DNA of 64,000 nt from Ignavibacteriota bacterium (lineage in GTDB: Bacteria; Bacteroidota; Ignavibacteria; UBA10030), in assembly GCA_963727825.1 (NCBI GenBank), contig CAVSHO010000008.1:96001-160000 (forward strand), in the 5' to 3' direction. Position numbers and translations under genes: made by a program. Positions 50,847 through 59,060 of the stretch are shown in pieces. Every line of letters starts with the position of its first letter. Position 1 is the stretch's first letter. The notes beneath the pieces are model-generated. The model had not been told where the DNA came from. It saw only the letters and a program-made list of their open reading frames with translations, and made no database searches.

Positions 50847-51398
50847 TGCATCGCTATTTCACAATTTCTAATCTTCTTAGTGCAAGCCGCATCTTTTTGG
50901 TAATCCCAATGGGATATTGCCTTGTCTTGGATTTTCCGTCTCATCGTTTGTGGACCGCAGGAATTATTGTTATCGCAGTTGCAACAGATTTTCTTGATGG
51001 ATTTCTTGCAAGGAAATTGCACCAAGTAACCGACCTTGGCAAAGTTCTAGATCCTGTGGCAGATAAAATTGGAATTGGTATTTATGCTGTGTTGATTGCA
51101 TGGACAGGCGACGTACCAGTGTGGTTTGTGGTATTTGTTCTTCTGCGGGACCTTTTAATATTTAGCTGGTGGATTATACATACATCGAGCGAAAAAAATT
51201 ATACCGCAATCCAATTGGCCCGGCAAAATTGCTGTCACACTTATTGGATTAGTTTTTTTCTTGGGTACAATTCAAGTTGGTGCACTGAGTCACCTTTTCA
51301 TCTATACGCTTTGCGCAAGTGTTGTTATGATGTTATGGTCGATGGTGAGTTATGCGCAGAGGTTATTTATTGGCAGGAATATTGAGGTGATGAAGTAA
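50846..51398 (+). pseudogene. CDP-alcohol phosphatidyltransferase (PgsA-like) with one apparent frameshift near 51161
   Basis: TDFLDGFLAR..GKVLDPVADK motif; removing one T at 51161-51163 restores RDLLILAGGLYI..QSNWPGKIAV.. to a stop at 51396-51398; may be a sequencing error. Confidence 0.8.
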
Positions 51399-51400
51399 CC

Positions 51401-52342
51401 ATGGGACTTTTTACTACACTCTCCAAACTTAAAGCCGGACTTGCTAAGACGAGGGATTCGATCGTCAACAAAGTGCAACAACTTGCCGCGACAAAGAGCA
51501 CGATCGACGATGAAATGTTAAATCAATTGGACGATATTTTAATAGCCGGTGATGTTGGCGTGCAGACAACGAATGTTATTTTGTCTCACTTGGAGCGACG
51601 CGTAAAAGAAGATAAGTACGAATCTGCATCTCAGCTTATTTCTTTATTGAAGGAAGAAGTAGAAGCAATTCTGCACGTTGACGAGGGAAAAGAGTTTTCC
51701 TTGAAAGTGCTGCCTATATCGACAAAGCCGTTCGTTGTGATGGTTGTTGGGGTGAATGGTGCAGGAAAAACGACGACTATCGGCAAGATGGCATATCAGT
51801 ACCGCCAAGCAGGCCATAAAGTTGTGATAGGAGCAGCGGATACTTTTCGTGCGGCGGCGAATGAACAACTCGAAATCTGGGCGCAGCGTGCCGGTGTAGA
51901 TATTATTCAGCAATCACACGGTGCAGACCCGGCGTCAGTCGCATTTGATGCAATTAACTCGGCACTATCGAAGCAGGCAGATGTTGTGATCGTAGATACA
52001 GCTGGGCGCCTACATACAAAAACAAATTTGATGGAAGAGTTGAAGAAGATAAAACGAGTGATGGCAAAACGTTTACCCGGTGCTCCGCATGAAGTATTGT
52101 TAGTACTTGATGCAACGACTGGACAAAACGGCTTACAACAAGTGAAGCATTTTACCGAAGCCGTCGAAGTAACCGGATTAGTGCTGACAAAGCTTGATGG
52201 CACAGCAAAAGGAGGGATTGTGCTTGCCATCAACAATGAGATGAAGATGCCCGTGAAGTTTATTGGCGTTGGCGAAAAAATTGACGATCTTCAAGTATTT
52301 AACTGCCGTTCATTTGTCGATGCGTTGTTTGAAGGAAACTGA
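51401..52342 (+). CDS. ftsY: Signal recognition particle receptor FtsY
   Basis: GVNGAGKTTT, DTFRAAA, DTAGRLH, TKLDGTAKGG. Confidence 0.97.
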   Translation: MGLFTTLSKLKAGLAKTRDSIVNKVQQLAATKSTIDDEMLNQLDDILIAGDVGVQTTNVILSHLERRVKEDKYESASQLISLLKEEVEAILHVDEGKEFSLKVLPISTKPFVVMVVGVNGAGKTTTIGKMAYQYRQAGHKVVIGAADTFRAAANEQLEIWAQRAGVDIIQQSHGADPASVAFDAINSALSKQADVVIVDTAGRLHTKTNLMEELKKIKRVMAKRLPGAPHEVLLVLDATTGQNGLQQVKHFTEAVEVTGLVLTKLDGTAKGGIVLAINNEMKMPVKFIGVGEKIDDLQVFNCRSFVDALFEGN

Positions 52343-52423
52343 ATTGAAGATAGAAAGTAGAAGGAATTAGGTAATGGGTTGAAATTGTATTATCATTTTT
52401 AAATTTTCATTTATAATTCAAAC

Positions 52424-54292
52424 GTGCCTCTTAAAATTCACATATTATCACCTGAGTTATCCAACAAAATAGCCGCAGGTGAAGTAGTGCAACGTCCATC
52501 AGCTGTCGTCAAAGAGTTAATTGAGAACTCCCTTGATGCTAAGGCGACACACATCAGCATTATTGTCAAAGATGCAGGTAAAGCATTAATCCAAGTAGTG
52601 GATGACGGCGAAGGAATGTCTGAACAGGATGCATCGCTAGCATTCCGGAGGCATGCCACGAGCAAGATCCATTCGGAAAGCGATCTGGAAGAAATTCGGA
52701 CGCTCGGATTTCGCGGCGAAGCGCTCGCTTCTATAGCGGCGGTTGCACAAGTAGAATTAAAAACTCGGACAGATTCTGATGATCTTGCAACGCATATTAG
52801 GATTGAGGGCAGCGAGAATATAGAGAAATCCAAGTCAGCGCTGGAACGCGGTACAAATATTACAGTTCGCAATTTATTCTACAATACTCCGGCGCGGCGC
52901 AATTTTCTAAAAACACGACATACCGAGCTTAAGAACATAACCGATGTTATTGTTAGAATGGCAATTGCCTATCCTGAAGTTGAATGGTTTTATAAAAGTG
53001 ACGATGAAATCATACTCGATTTGAAATCGCAAACTATTGAAGGGCGAGTGAAAGAAGTATTTGGTAAGTCACAATTTGAGTCAATGTTCAAATTTGACGA
53101 TACTAACGAATTAATGACGGTGAACGGATTCCTCGGCAAACCGGATTTCGCACGTAAAAGCCGCGTAGAGCAATTTGTCTTTCTAAACCGAAGATTTATT
53201 TTCAGCAGAATGATTAATCATGCGGTTTTTCAGGCATATGAACATATGTTAGAGAAAGGATCATTTCCGTTCTTTATCCTAAATCTTACAATTGATCCCA
53301 GAAAAATTGATGTCAATGTCCACCCATCGAAGATGGAAGTAAAGTTTGAAAACGAATCGAATGTCTATCGCATTATACTCTCTGTTGTGCGAAAGGCACT
53401 TGCGGCAAATGATTTAATTCCATCGATGGCGTTTCGTGACGGAAACGCAGTTTCGCCGTTTGATGCTAAGTTCCAATTTAGTGAACAAGCGTGGAAACGA
53501 GGAGCTATTGACCAAACTAGCGCACCGGTGTTTCCACTTCGACCCGATATTCGGTCTAGTGAGCAATCATTGCCGATAACGCCTAATATAATTGGCCTTG
53601 AAGATATTCGATCTTCTGATCCCAACCCGGAATCTCCGTTGCCGTTCGATATGCCTGCCTCGTCATCCTCAATCAATCGTATCCTTGCGCAAAGATCGGC
53701 GCTGGATCAATCGCAGATGCCGGAGAGCAAGCCGATTTGGCAAGCGCACAATAAATATATTATTTCACAGATTCATAACGGATTGATGATTATTGATCAA
53801 CACGCTGCGCACGAACGGATTCTTTATGAGCACGTGATGGCGAATTTCGAGAACACTTTGCCATCGTCGCAGCAGCTTCTTTTTCCAGAAACAGTTGATC
53901 TGGGCGCAGGCGATTATTCGTTGGTAAAAGAATTAATGCCGGATCTGTTGCGTCTTGGATTCGACATGCGGCTATTCGGGAAAAATACGGTTGTAATAGA
54001 CGGTATTCCTGCAGATGTAAGAATTGGGAAAGAAAGAAAAATCTTGCAGGAGGTGCTGGATGAATTCAAAAACAACGAGCACTCCGGTATGAAAGATGTA
54101 CGCGACAATCTGGCAAAATCTTTTGCATGCAAAGCGGCGATTAAGGCTGGAGACAGATTAAACGTGACAGAGATGGTTGTGTTGATCGAACATTTATTTC
54201 TTGCTAAAATGCCGTACGTATGTCCACACGGTAGACCGGTGATTGTGAGAATTCCATTGGAAGAACTCGACAAGCGATTCGGAAGAACGTAA
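52424..54292 (+). CDS. mutL: DNA mismatch repair endonuclease MutL
   Basis: IAAGEVV, HATSKI, GFRGEAL, DVNVHP, DQHAAHER, ACK, CPHGRP. Confidence 0.97.
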   Translation: MPLKIHILSPELSNKIAAGEVVQRPSAVVKELIENSLDAKATHISIIVKDAGKALIQVVDDGEGMSEQDASLAFRRHATSKIHSESDLEEIRTLGFRGEALASIAAVAQVELKTRTDSDDLATHIRIEGSENIEKSKSALERGTNITVRNLFYNTPARRNFLKTRHTELKNITDVIVRMAIAYPEVEWFYKSDDEIILDLKSQTIEGRVKEVFGKSQFESMFKFDDTNELMTVNGFLGKPDFARKSRVEQFVFLNRRFIFSRMINHAVFQAYEHMLEKGSFPFFILNLTIDPRKIDVNVHPSKMEVKFENESNVYRIILSVVRKALAANDLIPSMAFRDGNAVSPFDAKFQFSEQAWKRGAIDQTSAPVFPLRPDIRSSEQSLPITPNIIGLEDIRSSDPNPESPLPFDMPASSSSINRILAQRSALDQSQMPESKPIWQAHNKYIISQIHNGLMIIDQHAAHERILYEHVMANFENTLPSSQQLLFPETVDLGAGDYSLVKELMPDLLRLGFDMRLFGKNTVVIDGIPADVRIGKERKILQEVLDEFKNNEHSGMKDVRDNLAKSFACKAAIKAGDRLNVTEMVVLIEHLFLAKMPYVCPHGRPVIVRIPLEELDKRFGRT

Positions 54293-54352
54293 GAGATGCA
54301 ATCTTTGCGGTGGATATGAATCACCTTTCAATAGATTAAGGAGAGAGGTGCA

Positions 54353-55258
54353 GTGAAAAAGAAAATTATCGGCGCCTTTAATTTATTACGACCTGCCCAA
54401 TGGCTGAAAAATGCTTTTCTCTTCGCCCCGCTTATTTTCTCGAAGCATTTATTTGAGGCTACATACTTCTGGCGGGAAACGCTTGCATTCTTTGGTTTCT
54501 GTCTTGTCTCCAGTATCGTGTATATTATCAACGACATTGCAGATAACGAAGCAGATAAACTCCATCCTATTAAAAAAAACCGTCCCCTTGCATCTGGGCT
54601 TCTTCGTCTGTCTGATGCTGTTTGGGTTGTTCTGATTTTACTTCTTTTTGTCATCTATTTAATTCCATATTTGAATTTGCAGTTCTGGTACACAATTATA
54701 CTCTACGGATTTTTGAATTTTGCTTATTCGTTCTGGTTGAAACAAATTGTTATAGTAGATGTGTTTATAGTCGCGGCCGGATTTATGCTGCGTGTTCTTG
54801 CCGGTGTTTTTGCTATAGAAGTCGAGATTTCTTCATGGTTAATATTGTGTACACTCTTTGTCTCAGTGTTCCTTGCGATCTCCAAACGACGCGGCGAATT
54901 GATGCTTAGTGCCGCAACCGATTCTTATACTTCGCGTCCGGTGTTGAAGCAGTACGATGTATCATTCTTGGATCAAATTATGACAGTGGCAGCGTCTGGA
55001 ATGGCTATTTCGTACGCCCTCTATACTGTTGCCGAACGAACAGTGACGATTTTTGGAACAGAAAATCTTATCTTCACTACGGTGTTTGTATTATTCGGTA
55101 TTTTTCGGTACATATTTCTTATGCGAAGTCGAAAAACAGATGATAACCCGATGCACTTGTTGCTAAGCGATGTACCGTTGATCGTAAACATTCTGTTATG
55201 GTTCATTATCTGTGTATTAATAATTTATTATCACGATACAACCAGATGGATTTTTTAA
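54353..55258 (+). CDS. UbiA-family polyprenyl-phosphate phosphoribosyltransferase-like protein
   Basis: RPAQWLKN, INDIAD..D..HP.K..RPLASG, YSFWLK, LRVLAG, KRRGEL. Confidence 0.87.
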   Translation: MKKKIIGAFNLLRPAQWLKNAFLFAPLIFSKHLFEATYFWRETLAFFGFCLVSSIVYIINDIADNEADKLHPIKKNRPLASGLLRLSDAVWVVLILLLFVIYLIPYLNLQFWYTIILYGFLNFAYSFWLKQIVIVDVFIVAAGFMLRVLAGVFAIEVEISSWLILCTLFVSVFLAISKRRGELMLSAATDSYTSRPVLKQYDVSFLDQIMTVAASGMAISYALYTVAERTVTIFGTENLIFTTVFVLFGIFRYIFLMRSRKTDDNPMHLLLSDVPLIVNILLWFIICVLIIYYHDTTRWIF

Positions 55259-55259
55259 T

Positions 55260-56402
55260 ATGAAATTACCGGAACCGAAATCTCCAAAGAGAATTACCAA
55301 TCTTCCAACTTGCACACCGAAAGTAGCTGTTGTTAAAACGACGCCTCAGACAATTCTGGAAGATATTCAACGTGCAATGGAACTTGCCGGAATAAAGAAT
55401 GCACTGGAACCCGGCACAACTACAATTCTGAAAGATAATATCTCATGGCATTTCCCCTTCCCCAGTGCAAATACAACGCCATGGCAACTTGAGGGGACAA
55501 TTCTTGGTTTGCAAAAAAATGGTTTTAACGAAGTTGTGTGTGTGCAGAACCAAACAGTTGTAACGGATGCATTCAAAGGTGAAGATCTGAACAAATATAT
55601 GCCGTTGTTCAAAAAATATCAGATTCCAGTTCTCTTCAACTTCAAAGATGGTGATATGAATTGGGTTGATTATAAACCAAAATCACCTATGCTTATTCTC
55701 GATCAAATCTATCGTGACGGAATTCGTATCCCTGATTATTTTTTTAATAAAAATATTCTTCATTTACCCACCATAAAATGTCATATTCATACAACAACCA
55801 CTGGAGCGATGAAAAACGCATTTGGAGGATTGCTCAATACTTACCGTCATTATACGCATACATGGATTCATGAAACACTTGTGGATTTATTGGCGATACA
55901 AAAGGAGGTACACTCTGGAATATTTGCTGTCATGGATGGCACGACGGCCGGCAATGGTCCTGGACCTCGGACTATGATTCCTGTAGAAAAAAATGTTATC
56001 CTCGCGAGTGCTGATCAAGTAGCGATCGATTCCGTTTCTGCAAAAATGATGGGATTTGATCCGCTTTCTATTAAATACATCAATCTTGCAAATCAATGCG
56101 GGTTGGGTTGCGGTGATCCACGGGAAATTGAACTTGTCGGAGATGACATCTCTAACACGAATTGGAATTTTTCTGTCGGCACAAATGCTGTAAAAATTGC
56201 GGCTGCAATATTCTGGTTTGGTCCATTAAAACGAATACAGAGTTTTTTCTTCCGAACACCTGTTGTTCATCTATTCATTCTAGGCTCGGAAATCTACCAT
56301 GATTATTACCGATGGATGCTGATTGATCGACCTGTTTATAAGAAGTGGCTGAAACAGTCGCAGTGGGGAAAACTTTTTGCATCATACCCGCCAATCGGAT
56401 AA
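55260..56402 (+). CDS. DUF362 domain protein (putative Fe-S)
   Basis: LKDNISWH, LPTIKCH..TTTGAMKNAFGG, MDGT.AG.GPGP, ASADQVAID. Confidence 0.8.
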   Translation: MKLPEPKSPKRITNLPTCTPKVAVVKTTPQTILEDIQRAMELAGIKNALEPGTTTILKDNISWHFPFPSANTTPWQLEGTILGLQKNGFNEVVCVQNQTVVTDAFKGEDLNKYMPLFKKYQIPVLFNFKDGDMNWVDYKPKSPMLILDQIYRDGIRIPDYFFNKNILHLPTIKCHIHTTTTGAMKNAFGGLLNTYRHYTHTWIHETLVDLLAIQKEVHSGIFAVMDGTTAGNGPGPRTMIPVEKNVILASADQVAIDSVSAKMMGFDPLSIKYINLANQCGLGCGDPREIELVGDDISNTNWNFSVGTNAVKIAAAIFWFGPLKRIQSFFFRTPVVHLFILGSEIYHDYYRWMLIDRPVYKKWLKQSQWGKLFASYPPIG

Positions 56403-56408
56403 TGATTT

Positions 56409-57305
56409 GTGAGTGAAATGCAGCTGACATCCCGAACACGCGCAGAATCATATCTTTTTTCCTTAACCATCATCTGGGGCAGCACTTTTGTTCTGACTAA
56501 ATTCATTCTCGAGAATGCTTCTCCTTTTGTATATGTCGCCATTCGTTTTTTTATAGCATCACTTTTGTTTATCGCACTCTTCTTCCAAAGACTGCGAACA
56601 ATTTCGAAAGATGGAATCGCTAAAGGTTTGATTCTTGGTGTGTTGTTGTTTCTAGGCTTTATGCTGCAAACAATCGGGATGAAATTTACGACTGCTTCAA
56701 AATCTGCATTTGTCACAGGGCTAATGGTTGTTTTCACGCCAATATTTCAGCTCGTCATCGAGCGCAAGGCGCCAAAAACAGGAAATATTATCGGCGTTGT
56801 GATAGTTGCCATTGGTTTATATCTGTTGACGTCTCCTAAAGGATCAGAGTTTAATATTGGTGATGCGCTGACTCTCGTTTGCGCTGTTTTGTTCAGCATT
56901 TACACCGTTTATCTCGGTATCTTTGGCAAAGAACATGACCCCGCACATTTGACTTTCATACAGTTTGCTTCAACGACGATTTTGGCTGCCATAGCGATTC
57001 CGTTTTTAGAAATAGCGCGTTTAAATCTGACTTTCAATTTTTCATTAAACCTTGCATATTTAGCGATAATGCCGACTGTTGTTGCGTTATATATAATGGC
57101 AAAATATCAAAAGTACACTACACCGACACGGAGTGCAATTATCTATTCGATGGAACCGCCAATTGCAGCAATATTTGCTTTTTTTATTATTGGCGAACAA
57201 ATTGGAATGATTGGAGTCATTGGAGGTATGCTGATTCTATCCGGTTTGATAGTATCGGAGTTATCGGATGTTATTTTTACACGCAAAGAAAAAGAATTAC
57301 GTTAG
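56409..57305 (+). CDS. EamA/DMT family transporter
   Basis: IWGSTF, IRF, QTIG..TTASKSAF, GDALTL, MEP; about 10 TM segments. Confidence 0.9.
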   Translation: MSEMQLTSRTRAESYLFSLTIIWGSTFVLTKFILENASPFVYVAIRFFIASLLFIALFFQRLRTISKDGIAKGLILGVLLFLGFMLQTIGMKFTTASKSAFVTGLMVVFTPIFQLVIERKAPKTGNIIGVVIVAIGLYLLTSPKGSEFNIGDALTLVCAVLFSIYTVYLGIFGKEHDPAHLTFIQFASTTILAAIAIPFLEIARLNLTFNFSLNLAYLAIMPTVVALYIMAKYQKYTTPTRSAIIYSMEPPIAAIFAFFIIGEQIGMIGVIGGMLILSGLIVSELSDVIFTRKEKELR

Positions 57306-57432
57306 AATTTTTCGGTTAATTCAGCCTATAGAAGAATTTAGTGACATGTGTCAAGTAAAAGAATGGGTTCTATGGAAAAATAGTTTATTCAGTACTTGCG
57401 GATTTCAAAACCGAAAAGTATATTAAGCAGGT

Positions 57433-57858
57433 ATGAAATCGAGGCGGTAAATATTTTTTCCTGATAATTCATTCTGGTGAGTATTTAGCAGGACTTTGCT
57501 ATTTGCGCAAAATTATCCACTCCGCGTATCACTGGGGTTCAATCTGTGCAAAACGATTGTATTAGGGTCTTATTAGATTGGACAATCGGGTCAGGGAACG
57601 GTATTAGTTCTTATGAAATATATAGAAGCACTGGCAGTGATCGAGTTTTCAGCCATATAGGCGATACGTTAAAAGGGGGCATTATATTTCATCGATAATA
57701 ACAGACTTATATAAAACAACAGATACAATTTTTGCTATAAAGTAACAGCAATTGGTTCAAGTGATTCACGAACAAGTGACGTTGTGGGTGTATCTTACAA
57801 CAGCACAAGTTCAGTGGGAAAACGCACATGGGGCAGCATCAAGGCGATGTTCCGCTGA
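57433..57858 (+). pseudogene. Decayed small secreted FN3-like protein ending in TWGSIKAMFR
   Basis: Fragments VLLDW..SYEIYRS and YKVTAIG..SSVGKRTWGSIKAMFR* separated by stops and frameshifts. Confidence 0.6.
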
Positions 57859-57887
57859 AGTTTTTGATTCGGTATAGATTTTTTATC

Positions 57888-57914
57888 AAGCGATCGTTCT
57901 GCATCGCTTTTTTT
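57888..57914 (+). terminator. Intrinsic terminator before maf
   Basis: AAGCGAT..ATCGCTT stem plus T7. Confidence 0.55.
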
Positions 57915-57929
57915 GTTTTAGGCGGTTCA

Positions 57930-58529
57930 ATGAAACCTTTGATTCTTGCATCTCAATCACCACGAAGAAAAAATCTGCTAAAGCAAATCGGGATGAAGTT
58001 TCGTGTTATTCCAAGCCGAGCAGCAGAAGTTTTCTCTTCTCGTCAAAGTCCGGGTGAAAACGCTCAACGCATTGCTCTGGAAAAGGCGACAGATGTTGCT
58101 GTTCGTCTACGAAGAGGAATTGTAATTGGCGCGGACACGATTGTTGTTCTCGATCATCATGTTCTCGGTAAACCGAAATCCAAAGACGATGCAAAACGGA
58201 TGCTAAGATTGTTAAGCGGGCGCGAGCATTCGGTCTTTACTGGATTTGCGTTGAAAGATGTGGAAAGTGGAAAGTATACAGCAGGAGTTGAAGAAACAAA
58301 AGTCCGCTTTCGAAAATTGAACGAGAAAGAGATTACTGATTACGTTAATAGCGGTTCACCTATGGATAAGGCAGGTTCATACGGAATTCAGGATGATTTT
58401 GGAGCTGTCTTCATCGAGCGGGTGAACGGATGTTTCTATAATGTTGTTGGATTCCCGCTTGCGCGTTTTTATTCAACCTTCCAACAATTTACAGCTGATT
58501 TGAAAACTTTTTCGGAAAGAAAAATATAA
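57930..58529 (+). CDS. maf: Maf nucleotide pyrophosphatase (YhdE type)
   Basis: LILASQSPRR, IGADTIV, LGKP, DKAGSYGIQ, NVVG; ATG 57930. Confidence 0.95.
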   Translation: MKPLILASQSPRRKNLLKQIGMKFRVIPSRAAEVFSSRQSPGENAQRIALEKATDVAVRLRRGIVIGADTIVVLDHHVLGKPKSKDDAKRMLRLLSGREHSVFTGFALKDVESGKYTAGVEETKVRFRKLNEKEITDYVNSGSPMDKAGSYGIQDDFGAVFIERVNGCFYNVVGFPLARFYSTFQQFTADLKTFSERKI

Positions 58530-58557
58530 AATCAAAAAAGGAAGTGGAAGAATTAGT

Positions 58558-58591
58558 AAAAAAACCCGTCGAGAAATACTTGACGGGTTTT
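58558..58591. terminator. Bidirectional terminator between maf and the cold-shock gene
   Basis: A7-CCCGTC..GACGGG-TTTT between convergent genes. Confidence 0.8.
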
Positions 58592-58608
58592 GCATTGTTG
58601 AAGATTTC

Positions 58609-58812
58609 TTAAGCAGGTTTTACAACTTTTACCGCCTGTAATCCTTTGGGGCCCTGTTCAACTTCGAACTCTACTTTATCGCCTTCGTTAAGCGTTTTGT
58701 AGCCGTCTCCATTGATGGACTTGTAATGCACGAATACGTCTTCACCGCTTTCCCGTTTGATGAAGCCATACCCTTTTGTATTATTGAACCACTTTACTGT
58801 ACCCTGTTCCAT
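58609..58812 (-). CDS. Cold-shock protein
   Basis: GTVKWFN, KGYGFI, DVFVHY, GPKGLQA. Confidence 0.96.
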   Translation of the reverse strand: MEQGTVKWFNNTKGYGFIKRESGEDVFVHYKSINGDGYKTLNEGDKVEFEVEQGPKGLQAVKVVKPA

Positions 58813-59060
58813 ACGGGTTCATCCCCTCGATGCATTTAACATCACACCGTAACTTTGTCTCTCACTGAAAAAGATGTAACGAATGCCTCACACCTCTCTT
58901 GCTCAGCTTACAGGCATCGGAGCCACATAATAGAATTAATAACTGGCGACGCGACAGCTAAAACAAATGGCGACAAAACAAAATCGGTGCAGTGAACTAC
59001 GATTAAATATTACAATTTCGTGAATTAAAATGCAAGTGGTAGCATGGTCTTTCGTTTTGT

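Noticed and set aside
57828-57929. N-terminal extension of Maf
   Set aside because: It overlaps the end of the upstream pseudogene and a terminator; the family start MKPLILAS is at 57930.
58813-59040. Long cold-shock gene leader as an RNA thermometer
   Set aside because: Plausible by analogy with cspA, but no structure can be supported by inspection.
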